Below, one piece after another: positions 13,802 to 28,262 of a stretch of 64,000 nucleotides of DNA (positions are counted from its first letter, which is position 1; every line of letters begins with the position of its first letter). Origin of the DNA: Eledone cirrhosa (taxonomy: Eukaryota). A program made the position numbers and the translations under genes. The notes beneath the pieces were generated by a model. It was not told the origin of the DNA. It saw nothing but the letters and a program-made list of their open reading frames with translations, and did not search any database. The stretch is taken from NCBI GenBank assembly GCA_964016885.1, contig OZ024765.1, positions 7,874,001-7,938,000 of the forward strand. Reading direction: 5' to 3'.

Positions 13802-14976
13802 GTAAATTTTATTCACAGTTGTATATATAATATTACAAATTGTCCACAATTCTTTCAGAATGAAATTATATATTTGTGTTAAGATAATATTACAAATTGT
13901 CTGCAATTCTTTCAGAATGAAAATATAAACGGAGCATATAAATAACTTTACAGTAGAATAACATAAATATGTTTTAAATATATACATAAATAACATTACA
14001 AATGCTTAGACAACATTATGAATTGCTCGCGACTCATTCAAAAAGATATATTCTTTTAATGTTACAATATTAAAGAAAATGTAGAGGAAGGGGTGAACAA
14101 CTGAGCCACCACCAGAGCAAAAGACAGCAGCAAGGAGTACCGGGCAACCCCTCTAATGATCTTTGAGGCAAGCCAGCACACTTGCAGCATTGCCTCGGGT
14201 GATGGGGAGGCTAATGCGCTGGAATAGCCAAGCGCCCTCGCAAGATTTTCCAGTGAAGAGAGGAACCTAGCAGTCAGTGGCCCGACTCCCCCCAAATGTC
14301 TCGAAAGCCACAGGCTGAAAAGTGTAGCTGGCCGACAGATCAGCGTATTTGAGGGTCTTACTCCGCTCGTCTGTGGAAGCTGTGGCTCTCGTCCTAACCG
14401 CAGCATCCAGGATGTGGGAAAGAGCAAAACAGTCACAAACAGTGATGTCCCAGACAAGGCACCTGCCTCTCGACCAGGGGCACAGGGTAAGGCCCTCAGG
14501 TTTTTTGCCATCACTTCTGGATAACTCAGATAGATCGAAGACTGAGGGGATGTTCGCCCGGGCCAAAGCTCTCTTGAGAATGAGGTTTAGCTCCGTCTGA
14601 CCCGCATTCAGGCGGCAAGAGAGACCGCGGGGGCCTGTGGAGTTGTGGAGTTCGTCGCACCGGCACCTGAAACCCATGCAGACGTCAGCTCTCACTCTGA
14701 GAGTGATGGAGATACGAAGTTCGTCCAGGCTGTGTAGGCCACGGGGAAACTGATCTGACTGGACGAAGAGGGCCTTCGAACTTATGCTGTCCCAAGTTCT
14801 CTGACTTCACCTATCCTCCACCTTCTCAGGAAGAGACAACCCCAACTCACTCCATTGCTGGAGAGCTTCACCCAACTCCCTGATGGAACTAGTCCATGTT
14901 GGAGATGGGAGGATGCTGCTCACCAGGGTGGTGCAAGTGTGGGTGGAGGAAAGGAAGCAGGGGAGAGAGAGGGACA
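13802..14976 (-). mobile_element. CRE-like RLE retrotransposon fragment, copy 2
   Basis: Same motifs and junctions as 6989-8158. Confidence 0.85.
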
Positions 14977-15364
14977 ATAGTTTTTGTTTCAAAATCTGTT
15001 CACAATTGAAAACACTTTATAACAAAATATTGATTAATTAATTTATCTTTCTCTCTGTAAATAAACTTTTCAGTGTTCTTAATTTTTCTGACCTGAATAA
15101 AACCAGCGACATGTAGACACTGGAGGGAAGACTTTAAACTGGGAACCTTGAGAAATCATTCTTGTGTAAATCTAAATATATTGTCTACCAAGATGTACAC
15201 ATTGGAGGGAAGACTTTAAACTGCGAACCTTGACAAATATTTCTTATGTAAATCTAAATATATTGTATACCAACCTGTACACATTGGTGAGAAGACTTTA
15301 AACTGTGAACCTTGAGAAATATTTATGTAAATCTAGATATATTGTTTACCAAAATGTACACATT

Positions 15365-15851
15365 TAGTGGTGAACTTGCAGTTAACTGTTCGGCAATTCG
15401 TGGTGTTCGTGGAACAACAAGATCTAGTCACAACAGTATGAACAAAGAACATTTATTTATTGAAGAACATATTTTTTAATCGTGTTTGTGAATGTGAACA
15501 AGCAGAATACATTGGAACTTGTTAAGAGCACAAGGGTGTTTGCAGATAATACAATGTTAGCTCTAGTGGTTCTCAAGACATTATGGATGTCTAATATCCA
15601 GATGGTAGATTAAACACAGCACTCTCGGGTTAGCCATATTTCGAGCCACCTGTTGCACGTTGAGGACAGCAAATTATTACGTGTTTCTGGTCTGAAACTA
15701 TCTGCTGAACTCATTGCTTTCGGTTTTGGCACAATGCATTACTCATCCGATAGATAGCTGTATCGGATCGCTGACTGGCTAATATTTACGTGAGGTGAGT
15801 TAGTGCAACAGGGATCAGCGCGTGTAAATTGACTGATTTATCTGTTCACTA
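15365..15851. mobile_element. hAT-like element, copy 2
   Basis: Near-identical to 8547-9033. Confidence 0.55.
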
Positions 15852-15875
15852 CACACAATGGAGGGAAGACTTTAA

Positions 15876-16282
15876 CCCTTTAGCATTCAAACTGGCTGTA
15901 TCCGGCCAGAACTCTCACTTCTTTCTGTTCAAACCGGCTGTAACTGGCTGCTCACACCTACTTTAAGATATTGTTCTCAAAATAAATAATTGTTTCTACT
16001 TTAGGCACAAGGCCAGCAATTACCCAGTGCATTACTGGTACTTTATTTTATCGACCCCGTAAGGATGAAAGGCAAAGTCAACCTCGGCGGGATTTGAACT
16101 CAGATCGTAAAGGGGCGTAACTATGCTGGAAAGCATGGCGTCCGACCCTCTACCGATACTGCCAATCCAATAAATAATATCAAAATCTTGTAGATTCAAT
16201 TTTATGTGAGATAATTGTGTAAGATAAAGCCTTTACTGTGTAAATAAAATAGTAAATATGAAGTATTGTAAATGCTAAAGGG
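15876..16282. mobile_element. piggyBac-like MITE with nested SINE (15991-16168), copy 2
   Basis: Same TIRs and TSDs as copy 1. Confidence 0.85.
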
Positions 16283-17200
16283 GTAAACTGGGAAGCATGA
16301 GAAATATTTCTTGTGTAAATCTAAATATATTGTCTACTAAATACATTCAATGTAAACATTTCTTTGTGATTTAAAATGTTTAAAATTTCTCTCACATCGT
16401 TGATTTAAAAAAGTGAAATATTATAATATTTGAGAATCTGTAATTTATAAGAGTTACTTCTAGTTCTGATGGTGTCGTTGACTCCCTAACGTAAAGTAAG
16501 TTTAATACTTTAATCACAGAGAAAAACAAAGAAAGAAATTGATTGATTATCGATCTCATTAACTAATTGGTTTTGCCAATGTTCCAGATTCTCTTATAAA
16601 GAGATTCAAACCATGACCATCACGTATATTTTGTATATCTAGACTAAAATAACCAATATCCAATGTGTACTTCATTTAATAAGATGATGGGTTAAATTTG
16701 AGGACTCATTTGACTGTTATTTCTAGCACATTTAGACCCCTGTATAGTCATCCTACATGATACATATTAGTAGTTATTTTGATAGCTAACGTAAATTATC
16801 TTGTTATTTACCATGGGTTGGATACAATTCGAGATATTTCGGAATGTATCTAAATATCGCAGGATATTATTTTGATATGACACCGGTATCGTTCAGCGAG
16901 GGAAATATTTACAACGTTTGGAGGCACATGTTTTCTTTTATAATGAGGTTTAATCTAGTTATGTTAACAGAGTCCCAGGATATCTAAGACAAGAAACTGT
17001 ATTATAATATATTATAATTACACCTAATATAATTATATCGTGTAAACAGAGTCCCAGGATATCTAAGAGAAGAAACTAAACTATAATATATTATAATTAC
17101 ATCTAATCTAATTATATCGTGTAAACAGAGTCCCAGGATATCTAAGACAAGAAACTGTATTATAATATATTATAATTAGAGATAATTCTCGGAAATTAAT

Positions 17201-19219
17201 ATGGAAGATGTTAAACACTTGGACATTTCTAACACTACTTTGTTTAACAAAATGGATAGAGTAACACAGACATACAGTGGTCAGAAAACTTTGTCTAATA
17301 AAACGTTCACTGAACAAAGATCATTACATAGAAATATTCCTGAATATTGTTGTGAGATTTGTAAGAAAACTTTCTCTTCAGAAGATGAAGTCATCACACA
17401 CAAAGAAACACACAAGAGAGAGAAACCTTACCACTGTGAAATATGTGGGATTTGTTTTGCCAGTAGGAATTATTTAACACAACACGAAAGAACACACACT
17501 GGAGAGGAACCTTACCACTGTGAGATATGTGGAAAATCTTTTGCCAATAATAATAATTTAAAAAGTCACATCAGAACACACTCTGGAGAGAAACCTAACC
17601 GCTGTGAGATGTGTGGCAAGTCTTTTGCCAGTAAAGCTCATTTAAAATTACACATAAGAACACACACTGGAGAGAAACCTTTCCACTGTGAGATATGTGG
17701 CAAATCTTTTGCCAGTAATGGTCATTTAAAAATACACATAAGAACACACACTGGAGAGGAACCTTACCACTGTGAGATATGTGGAAAATCTTTTGCCAAT
17801 AATAATAATTTAAGACACATCAGAACACACTCTGGAGAGAAACCTTACCACTGTGAGATATGTGGCAAATCTTTTGCCAGTAATGCTCATTTAAAAAGAC
17901 ACATAAGAACACACACTGGAGAGAAACCTTACCACTGTGAGATATGTGGCAAATCTTTTGCCAGTAATGGTCATTTAAAAATACACATAAGAACACACAC
18001 TGGAGAGGAACCTTACCACTGTGAGATATGTGGCAAATCTTTTGCCCGTAATGGTAATTTAAAAAAACACATAAGAACACACACTGGAGAGAAACCTTAC
18101 CACTGTGAGATATGTGGCAAATCTTTTGCCTGTAATGGTTATTTAAAAATACACATAAGAACACACACTGGAGAGGAACCTTACCACTGTGAGATATGTG
18201 GCAAATCTTTTGCCAGTAATGGTGATTTAAAAATACACAAAAGAACACACACTGGAGAGGAACCTTACCACTGTGAGATATGTGGCAAATCTTTTGCCAG
18301 TAATGGTGATTTAAAAATACACAAAAGAACACACACTGGAGAGGAACCTTATCACTGTGAGATATGTGGCAAATCTTTTGCCTGTAATGGTCCTTTAAAA
18401 AGACACATAAGAACACACACTGGAGAGAAACCATACCACTGCGATATATGTGGTAAATATTTTGCCCGTAATGATTATTTTAAAATACACATAAGAACAC
18501 ACACTGGAGAGGAACCTTTCCACTGTGAGATATGTGGCAAATATTTTGCCAGTAATGGTCATTTAAAAATACACAAAAGAACACACACTGGAGAGCAACC
18601 ATACCACTGTGAAATATGTGGTAAATATTTTGCCAGTAAGAATTATTTAACGGAACACGAAAGAACACATACTGGAGAGAAACCTTTCCACTGTGAGACA
18701 TGTGACAAATCTTTTGCCAGTAAGAATTATTTAAAAATACACATAAGAACACACTCTGGAGAGAAATATTTCCAATGTGAGATATGTGGCAATTCTTTTG
18801 CCAGTAATGGTCATTTAAAAAGACACGTACGAACACACACTGGAGAGGAACCTTTCCACTGTGAGATATGTGGCAAATCTTTTGCCCGTAATGATAATTT
18901 AAAAAGTCACGTAAGAACACACACTGGAGAGAAACCTTATCACTGTGAGATATGTGGTAAATATTTTGCCAGTAAGAATTATTTAACGGAACACGAAAGA
19001 ACACATACTGGAGAGAAACCTTTCCACTGTGAGACATGTGACAAATCTTTTGCCAGTAAGAATTATTTAAAAATACACATAAGAACACACACTGGAGAGG
19101 AACCTTACCACTGTGAAATATGTGGCAAATCTTTTGCCCATAATGATTATTTAAAAATACACATAAGAGCACACACTGTGAAATATGTAAAAAATCTTTT
19201 GCCAGTAAGAATTATGTAA
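17201..19219 (+). CDS. ZNF4: 672-aa poly-C2H2 protein, identical in translation to ZNF3
   Basis: ORF track translations match; offset 6818 bp. Confidence 0.9.
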   Translation: MEDVKHLDISNTTLFNKMDRVTQTYSGQKTLSNKTFTEQRSLHRNIPEYCCEICKKTFSSEDEVITHKETHKREKPYHCEICGICFASRNYLTQHERTHTGEEPYHCEICGKSFANNNNLKSHIRTHSGEKPNRCEMCGKSFASKAHLKLHIRTHTGEKPFHCEICGKSFASNGHLKIHIRTHTGEEPYHCEICGKSFANNNNLRHIRTHSGEKPYHCEICGKSFASNAHLKRHIRTHTGEKPYHCEICGKSFASNGHLKIHIRTHTGEEPYHCEICGKSFARNGNLKKHIRTHTGEKPYHCEICGKSFACNGYLKIHIRTHTGEEPYHCEICGKSFASNGDLKIHKRTHTGEEPYHCEICGKSFASNGDLKIHKRTHTGEEPYHCEICGKSFACNGPLKRHIRTHTGEKPYHCDICGKYFARNDYFKIHIRTHTGEEPFHCEICGKYFASNGHLKIHKRTHTGEQPYHCEICGKYFASKNYLTEHERTHTGEKPFHCETCDKSFASKNYLKIHIRTHSGEKYFQCEICGNSFASNGHLKRHVRTHTGEEPFHCEICGKSFARNDNLKSHVRTHTGEKPYHCEICGKYFASKNYLTEHERTHTGEKPFHCETCDKSFASKNYLKIHIRTHTGEEPYHCEICGKSFAHNDYLKIHIRAHTVKYVKNLLPVRIM

Positions 19220-20046
19220 CACCTCACAAAAGAACACACACTGGAGAAGATCTATTTGTTTGTAAGATATGTGGGAAATCTTTTATGAATAATTCAGCAC
19301 TTGTTATCCACAGACATACACACACTGGAGAAATATTCTATGAAATATGTGGAAAATATTTTGGCAGTAATGGCTATTTAAAAAGACACATAAGAACACA
19401 CACTGTTGAACCTTTCCACTGTCAGATATGTGGAAAATCTTTTGGTAGGAGTTCTTCTTTAACAAGACACAAAAGAATACACACTGGATAAACCTTTCAG
19501 TGTTCTTAATTTTTCTTACATGAATAAAAAACCACAGAGATATTTTAATAAGTGACTTGTTTTAATAGAAACTCTAATTTAGAGTAATCTTCATAATCTA
19601 CATCTGTTTTATTAACACCATATGTAAACCTCCATTGCCCCCCAACTAAACAAAGAACTATGTCAGAGCTGTTTAGTGTTGGTTGTTTCGTTGTGAAACA
19701 TGATACAAGTGTATTCATACTGGAGAGAAACCATTCCCCTGTGAAATATGTGGCAAATGTTTTTCTAACTGTTATTTAACACAACACAATAGAACACACA
19801 CTGCAGAGAAACCATTCTATTGTGAAATATGTGGAAAATTATTTTCCACTAGCTGTAGTTTAAGACACCACAAAAGAACAAATATTGAAGCAAAACCTTA
19901 ACAATGTGAAATATGAGGTAAATCGTTTTCTGTGAAGGCTAATTTAAGTACTCACAGAAGAACACACTGGTCAGAAACCCTTTCATTGTGAAATATGTCG
20001 GCAAACTTTTGCTTTCAAGTGGTAAACACAGGAGAACACATGCATG
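19220..20046 (+). pseudogene. Out-of-frame 3' fingers, stop cassette and orphan fingers of unit 4
   Basis: Copy of 12402-13228. Confidence 0.75.
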
Positions 20047-20619
20047 TAGATCTAAATATATTGTCTACCAAGATGTACACACTGGAGGGAAGACTTTAAA
20101 CTGTGAACCTTGAGAAATATTTCTTGTATAAATCTAAATATATTGTCTACCAAGATATACACATTGGAAGGAAGACTTTAAACTGTGAACCTTGAGAAAT
20201 ATTTCTTGTGTATATCTTAATATATTGCCTACCAACACACTGGAGTCAAGACTTTAAACTGGGAACGTAGAGAAATCTTTGTTATGTTAATCTAAATATA
20301 TTGTCTACCAACACTTGGGTGAATATTTATAGTGAAATAAATCTCTGTTAATTCTCATCTGAGAATTCCTTATTCCGTATATAAACTTGTTGATAAATAT
20401 TTACACACTGGACAAATACATGTATATATCATTGTGCAATATATGGGGAATCATTCTGTGTGAAATAAGTCTACACTTGCACTCCTCACCTAAATACAGA
20501 CTTGTGAGAAATAAAACTACATCAATATGAAATTTGTGACAAAATAATCACTTATCTATGTAAATTGAAATACAATTTTATAAAGATATCAAAATTGTTT
20601 TATTGGAAATTTTGAAATT

Positions 20620-21794
20620 GTAAATTTTATTCACAGTTGTATATATAATATTACAAATTGTCCACAATTCTTTCAGAATGAAATTATATATTTGTGTTAA
20701 GATAATATTACAAATTGTCTGCAATTCTTTCAGAATGAAAATATAAACGGAGCATATAAATAACTTTACAGTAGAATAACATAAATATGTTTTAAATATA
20801 TACATAAATAACATTACAAATGCTTAGACAACATTATGAATTGCTCGCGACTCATTCAAAAAGATATATTCTTTTAATGTTACAATATTAAAGAAAATGT
20901 AGAGGAAGGGGTGAACAACTGAGCCACCACCAGAGCAAAAGACAGCAGCAAGGAGTACCGGGCAACCCCTCTAATGATCTTTGAGGCAAGCCAGCACACT
21001 TGCAGCATTGCCTCGGGTGATGGGGAGGCTAATGCGCTGGAATAGCCAAGCGCCCTCGCAAGATTTTCCAGTGAAGAGAGGAACCTAGCAGTCAGTGGCC
21101 CGACTCCCCCCAAATGTCTCGAAAGCCACAGGCTGAAAAGTGTAGCTGGCCGACAGATCAGCGTATTTGAGGGTCTTACTCCGCTCGTCTGTGGAAGCTG
21201 TGGCTCTCGTCCTAACCGCAGCATCCAGGATGTGGGAAAGAGCAAAACAGTCACAAACAGTGATGTCCCAGACAAGGCACCTGCCTCTCGACCTGGGGCA
21301 CAGGGTAAGGCCCTCAGGTTTTTTGCCATCACTTCTGGATAACTCAGATAGATCGAAGACTGAGGGGATGTTCGCCCGGGCCAAAGCTCTCTTGAGAATG
21401 AGGTTTAGCTCCGTCTGACCCGCATTCAGGCGGCAAGAGAGACCGCGGGGGCCTGTGGAGTTGTGGAGTTCGTCGCACCGGCACCTGAAACCCATGCAGA
21501 CGTCAGCTCTCACTCTGAGAGTGATGGAGATACGAAGTTCGTCCAGGCTGTGTAGGCCACGGGGAAACTGATCTGACTGGACGAAGAGGGCCTTCGAACT
21601 TATGCTGTCCCAAGTTCTCTGACTTCACCTATCCTCCACCTTCTCAGGAAGAGACAACCCCAACTCACTCCATTGCTGGAGAGCTTCACCCAACTCCCTG
21701 ATGGAACTAGTCCATGTTGGAGAGGAGAGGATGCTGCTCACCAGGGTGGTGCAAGTGTGGGTGGAGGAAAGAAAGCAGGGGAGAGAGAGGGACA
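20620..21794 (-). mobile_element. CRE-like RLE retrotransposon fragment, copy 3
   Basis: Same motifs; PW>PR substitution. Confidence 0.85.
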
Positions 21795-22182
21795 ATAGTT
21801 TTTGTTTCAAAATCTGTTCACAATTGAAAACACTTTATAACAAAATATTGATTAATTAATTTATCTTTCTCTCTGTAAATAAACTTTTCAGTGTTCTTAA
21901 TTTTTCTGACCTGAATAAAACCAGCGACATGTAGACACTGGAGGGAAGACTTTAAACTGGGAACCTTGAGAAATCATTCTTGTGTAAATCTAAATATATT
22001 GTCTACCAAGATGTACACATTGGAGGGAAGACTTTAAACTGCGAACCTTGACAAATATTTCTTATGTAAATCTAAATATATTGTATACCAACCTGTACAC
22101 ATTGGTGAGAAGACTTTAAACTGTGAACCTTGAGAAATATTTATGTAAATCTAGATATATTATTAACCAAAATGTACACATT

Positions 22183-22669
22183 TAGTGGTGAACTTGCAGT
22201 TAACTGTTCGGCAATTCGTGGTGTTCGTGGAACAACAAGATCTAGTCACAACAGTATGAACAAAGAACATTTATTTATTGAAGAACATATTTTTTAATCG
22301 TGTTTGTGAATGTGAACAAGCAGAATACATTGGAACTTGTTAAGAGCACAAGGGTGTTTGCAGATAATACAATGTTAGCTCTGGTGGTTCTCAAGACATT
22401 ATGGATGTCTAATATCCAGATGGTAGATTAAACACAGCACTCTCGGGTTAGCCATATTTCGAGCCACCTGTTGCACGTTGAGGACAGCAAATTATTACGT
22501 GTTTCTGGTCTGAAACTATCTGCTGAACTCATTGCTTTCGGTTTTGGCACAATGCATTACTCATCCGATAGATAGCTGTATCGGATCGCTGACTGGCTAA
22601 TATTTAGGTGAGGTGAGTTAGTGCAACAGGGATCAACGCGTGTAAATTGACTGATTTATCTGTTCACTA
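22183..22669. mobile_element. hAT-like element, copy 3
   Basis: Near-identical to 8547-9033. Confidence 0.55.
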
Positions 22670-22693
22670 CACACAATGGAGGGAAGACTTTAA

Positions 22694-23100
22694 CCCTTTA
22701 GCATTCAAACTGGCTGTATCCGGCCAGAACTCTCACTTCTTTCTGTTCAAACCGGCTGTAACTGGCTGCTCACACCTACTTTAAGATATTGTTCTCAAAA
22801 TAAATAATTGTTTCTACTTTAGGCACAAGGCCAGCAATTACCCAGTGCATTACTGGTACTTTATTTTATCGACCCCGTAAGGATGAAAGGCAAAGTCAAC
22901 CTCGGCGGGATTTGAACTCAGATCGTAAAGGGGCGTAACTATGCTGGAAAGCATGGCGTCCGACCCTCTACCGATACTGCCAATCCAATAAATAATATCA
23001 AAATCTTGTAGATTCAATTTTATGTGAGATAATTGTGTAAGATAAAGCCTTTACTGTGTAAATAAAATAGTAAATATGAAGTATTGTAAATGCTAAAGGG
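22694..23100. mobile_element. piggyBac-like MITE with nested SINE (22809-22986), copy 3
   Basis: Same TIRs and TSDs. Confidence 0.85.
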
Positions 23101-23939
23101 GTAAACTGGGAAGCATGAGAAATATTTCTTGTGTAAATCTAAATATATTGTCTACTAAATACATTCAATGTAAACATTTCTTTGTGATTTAAAATGTTTA
23201 AAATTTCTCTCACATCGTTGATTTAAAAAAGTGAAATATTATAATATTTGAGAATCTGTAATTTATAAGAGTTACTTCTAGTTCTGATGGTGTCGTTGAC
23301 TCCCTAACGTAAAGTAGGTTTAATACTTTAATCACAGAGAAAAACAAAGAAAGAAATTGATTGATTATCGATCTCATTAACTAATTGGTTTTGCCAATGT
23401 TCCAGATTCTCTTATAAAGAGATTCAAACCATGACCATCACGTATATTTTGTATATCTAGACTAAAATAACCAATATCCAATGTGTACTTCATTTAATAA
23501 GATGATGGGTTAAATTTGAGGACTCATTTGACTGTTATTTCTAGCACATTTAGACCCCTGTATAGTCATCCTACATGATACATATTAGTAGTTATTTTGA
23601 TAGCTAACGTAAATTATTTTGCTATTTACCATGGGTTGGATACAATTCGAGATATTTCGGAATGTATCTAAATATCGCAGGATATTATTTTGATATGACA
23701 CCGGTATCGTTCAGCGAGGGAAATATTTACTACGTATGGAGGCACATGTTTTCTTTTATAATGAGGTTTAATCCAGTTATGTTAACAGAGTCCCAGGATA
23801 TCTAACACAGGAAACTGTATTATAATATATTATAATTTCATCTAATCTAATTATATCGTGTAAACAGAGTCCCAGGATATCTAAGACAAGAAACTGTATT
23901 ATAATATATTATAATTAGAGATAATTCTCGGAAATTAAT

Positions 23940-25436
23940 ATGGAGGAAGTTAAACACTTGGACATTTCTAACACTACTTTGTTTAACAAAATGGATAGAG
24001 TAACACAGACATACAGTGGTCAGAAAACTTTGTCTAATAAAACGTTCACTGAACAAACATCGTTACATGGAAATATTCCTGAATACTGTTGTGAGATTTG
24101 TAAAAAAACTTTCTCTTCAGAAGATGAAGTCATCACACACAAAGAAACACACAAGAGAGAGAAACCTTACCACTGTGAAATATGTGGGAGTTGTTTTGAC
24201 AGTAAGAATTATTTAACACAACACGAAAGAACACACACTGGAGAGGAACCTTACCACTGTGAGATATGTGGAAAATCTTTTGCCAATAATAATAATTTAA
24301 AAAGACACATCAGAACACACTCTGGAGAGAAACCTAACCACTGTGAGATGTGTGGCAAATCTTTTGCCAGTAAAGCTCATTTAAAATTACACATAAGAAC
24401 ACACACTGGAGAGAAACCTTTCCACTGTGAGATATGTGGCAAATCTTTTGCCAGTAATGGTCATTTAAAAATACACATAAAAACACACACTGGAGAGAAA
24501 CCTTACCACTGTGAGATATGTGGCATATCTTTTGCCCGTAATGCTCATTTAAAAAGACACATAAGAACACACACTGGAGAGAAACCTAACCACTGTGAGA
24601 TGTGTGGCAAATCTTTTGCCAGTAAAGCTCATTTAAAATTACACATAAGAACACACACTGGAGAGAAACCTTTCCACTGTGAGATATGTGGCAAATCTTT
24701 TGCCAGTAATGGTCATTTAAAAATACACATAAGAACACACACTGGAGAGGAACCTTACCACTGTGAGATATGTGGCAAATCTTTTGCCCGTAATGGTAAT
24801 TTAAAAAAACACATAAGAACACACACTGGAGAGAAACCTTACCACTGTGAGATATGTGGCAAATCTTTTGCCTGTAATGGTTATTTAAAAATACACATAA
24901 GAACACACACTGGAGAGGAACCTTACCACTGTGAGATATGTGGCAAATCTTTTGCCAGTAATGGTGATTTAAAAATACACAAAAGAACACACACTGGAGA
25001 GGAACCATACCACTGTGAAATATGTGGCAAATCTTTTGCCAGTAATGGTGATTTAAAAAGACACATAAGAACACACACTGGAGAGAAACCATACCACTGC
25101 GATATATGTGGTAAATATTTTGCCCGTAATGATTATTTTAAAATACACATAAGAACACACACTGGAGAGGAATCTTTCCACTGTGAGATATGTGGCAAAT
25201 CTTTTGCCAGTAATGGTCATTTAAAAATACACAAAAGAACACACACTGGAGAGGAATCTTTCCACTGTGAGATATGTGGCAAATCTTTTGCCAATAATGC
25301 TAATTTAAAAAGACACATACGAACACACACTGGAGAGGAACCTTTCCACTGTGAGATATGTGGCAAATCTTTTGCCCGTAATGATAATTTAAAAAGTCAC
25401 GTAAGAACACACACTGGAGAGGAACCTTATCACTGA
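23940..25436 (+). CDS. ZNF5: poly-C2H2 protein, 16 fingers, truncated by the same CAC TGA lesion as ZNF2
   Basis: 498-aa ORF; ZNF3-like 5' part and ZNF2-like 3' part. Confidence 0.85.
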   Translation: MEEVKHLDISNTTLFNKMDRVTQTYSGQKTLSNKTFTEQTSLHGNIPEYCCEICKKTFSSEDEVITHKETHKREKPYHCEICGSCFDSKNYLTQHERTHTGEEPYHCEICGKSFANNNNLKRHIRTHSGEKPNHCEMCGKSFASKAHLKLHIRTHTGEKPFHCEICGKSFASNGHLKIHIKTHTGEKPYHCEICGISFARNAHLKRHIRTHTGEKPNHCEMCGKSFASKAHLKLHIRTHTGEKPFHCEICGKSFASNGHLKIHIRTHTGEEPYHCEICGKSFARNGNLKKHIRTHTGEKPYHCEICGKSFACNGYLKIHIRTHTGEEPYHCEICGKSFASNGDLKIHKRTHTGEEPYHCEICGKSFASNGDLKRHIRTHTGEKPYHCDICGKYFARNDYFKIHIRTHTGEESFHCEICGKSFASNGHLKIHKRTHTGEESFHCEICGKSFANNANLKRHIRTHTGEEPFHCEICGKSFARNDNLKSHVRTHTGEEPYH

Positions 25437-26520
25437 GATATGTGGTAAATATTTTGCCAGTAAGAATTATTTAAAGGAACACGAAAGAACACATACTGGA
25501 GAGAAACCTTTCCACTGTGAGACATGTGACAAATCTTTTGCCATTAAGAATTATTTAAAAATACACATAAGAACACACACTGGAGAGGAACCTTACCACT
25601 GTGAAATATGTGGCAAATCTTTTGCCCATAATGATTATTTAAAAATACACATAAGAGCACACACTGTGAAATATGTAAAAAATCTTTTGCCAGTAAGAAT
25701 TATGTAACACCTCACAAAAGAATACACACTAGAGAAGATCTATTTGTTTGTAAGATATGTGGGAAATCTTTTATGAATAATTCAGCACTTGTTATCCACA
25801 GACAGATAAAAAATATTGGAGAAATATTTTGGCAGTAATGGCTATTTAAAAAGACACATAAGAACACACACTGTTGAGGAACCTTATAACTGTCAGATAT
25901 GTGGCAAATCTTTTGGTAGGAGTTCTTCTTTAACAAGACACAAAAGAATACACACTGGATAAACCTTTCTGTGTTCTTAATTTTTCTGACATGACTTGTT
26001 TTAATAGACACCCTAATTTAGAGTAATCTTCATAATCTACATCTGTTTTATTAACACCATATGTAAACCTCCATTGCCCCCCAACTAAACAAAGAACTAT
26101 GTCAGAGCTGTTTAGTGTTGGTTGTTTCGTTGTGAAACATGAGAAATCTTTTGTTAGTAAATGACAACTCGTTGTACACAAGTGTATTCATACTGGAGAG
26201 AAACCATTCCCCTGTGAAATATGTGGCAAATGTTTTTCTAACTGTTATTTAACACAACACAATAGAACACACACTGCAGAGAAACCATTCTATTGTGAAA
26301 TATGTGGAAAATTATTTTCCACTAGCTGTAGTTTAAGACACCACAAAAGAACAAATATTGAAGCAAAACCTTAACAATGTGAAATATGAGGTAAATCGTT
26401 TTCTGTGAAGGCTAATTTAAGTACTCACAGAAGAACACACTCTGGTCAGAAACCCTTTCATTGTGAAATATGTGGGCAAACTTTTGTTTTCAACTGGTAA
26501 ACACAGGAGAACACATGCAT
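25437..26520 (+). pseudogene. Frameshifted 3' fingers, stop cassette and orphan fingers of unit 5
   Basis: Closely matches 5220-6345. Confidence 0.75.
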
Positions 26521-27088
26521 GTAGATCTAAATATATTGTCTACCAAGATGTACACACTGGAGGGAAGACTTTAAACTGTGAACCTTGAGAAATATTTCTT
26601 GTGTATATCTTAATATATTGTCTACCAACACACTGGAGGGAAGACTTTAAACTGTGAACCTTGAGAAATATTTCTTGTGTATATCTTAATATATTGTCTA
26701 CCAACACACTGGAGTGAAGATTTTAAACTGGGAACGTAGAGAAATCTTTGTTATGTTAATCTAAATATATTGTCTACCAACACTTGGGTGAATATTTATA
26801 GTGAAATAAATCTCTGTTAATTCTCATCTGAGAATTCCTTATTCCGTATATAAACTTGTTGATAAATATTTACACATTGGACAAATACATGTATATATCA
26901 TTGTGAAATATATGGGGAATCATTCTGTGTGAAATAAGTCTACACTTGCACTCCTCACCTAAATACAGACTTGTGAGAAATAAAACTACATCAATATGAA
27001 ATTTGTGACAAAATAATCACTTATCTATGTAAATTGAAATACAATTTTATAAAGATATTAAAATTGTTTTATTGGAAATCTTGAAATT

Positions 27089-28262
27089 GTGAATTTTATT
27101 CACAGTTGTATATATAATATTACAAATTGTCCACAATTCTTTCAGAATGAAGTTATATATTTGTGTGGAAATAACATTACAAATCGTTTACAATTCTTTC
27201 AGAATGAAAATATAAACGGAGCATATAAATAACTTTACAGTAGAATAACATAAATATGTTTTAAATATATACATAAATAACATTACAAATGCTTAGACAA
27301 CATTATGAATTGCTCGCGACTCATTCAGAAAGATATATTCTTTTAATGTTACAATATTAAAGAAAATGTAGAGGAAGGGGTGAACAACTGAGCCACCACC
27401 AGAGCAAAAGACAGCAGCAAGGAGTACCGGGCAACCCCTCTAATGATCTTTGAGGCAAGCCAGCACACTTGCAGCATTGCCTCGGATGATGGGGAGGCTA
27501 ATGGTCTGGAATAGCCAAGCGCCCTCTCTAGATTTTCCAGTGAAGAGAGGAACCTAGCAGTCAGTGGCCCGACTCCGCCAAATGTCTCGAAAGCCACAGG
27601 CTGAAAAGTGTAGCTGGCCGACAGATCAGCGTATTTGAGGGTCTTACTCCGCTCGTCTGTGGAAGCTGTGGCTCTCGTCCTAACCGCAGCATCCAGGATG
27701 TGGGAAAGAGCAAAACAGTCACAAACAGTGATGTCCCAGACAAGGCACGTGCCTCTCGACCAGGGGCACAGGGTAAGGCCCTCAGGTCTTTTGCCATCAC
27801 TTCTGGACAACTCAGATAGATCCAAGACTGAGGGGATGTTCGCCCGGGCCAAAGCTCTCTTGAGAATGAGGATAGCTCCGTGTGACCCGCATTCAGGCGG
27901 CAAGAGAGACCGCGGGGGCCTGTGGAGTTGTGGAGTTCGTCGCACCGGCACCTGAAACCCATGCAGACGTCAGCTCCACTCTGAGAGCGATGGAGATACG
28001 AAGTTCGTCCAGGCTGTGTAGGCCACGGGCAAACTGATCTGACTGGACGAAGAGGGCCTTCGAACTTATGCTGTCCCAAGTTCTCTGACTTCAACTATCC
28101 TCCACCTTCTCAGGAAGAGACAACCCCAACTCACTCCATTGCTGGAGAGCTTCACCCAACTCCCTGATGGAACTAGTCCATGTTGGAGATGGGAGGATGC
28201 TGCTCACCAGGGTGGTGCAAGTGTGGGTGGAGGAAAGGAAGCAGGGGAGAGAGAGAGGGACA
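27089..28262 (-). mobile_element. CRE-like RLE retrotransposon fragment, copy 4
   Basis: Shares copy-1 variants, including the frameshift at gagaatgaggatagc. Confidence 0.85.
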
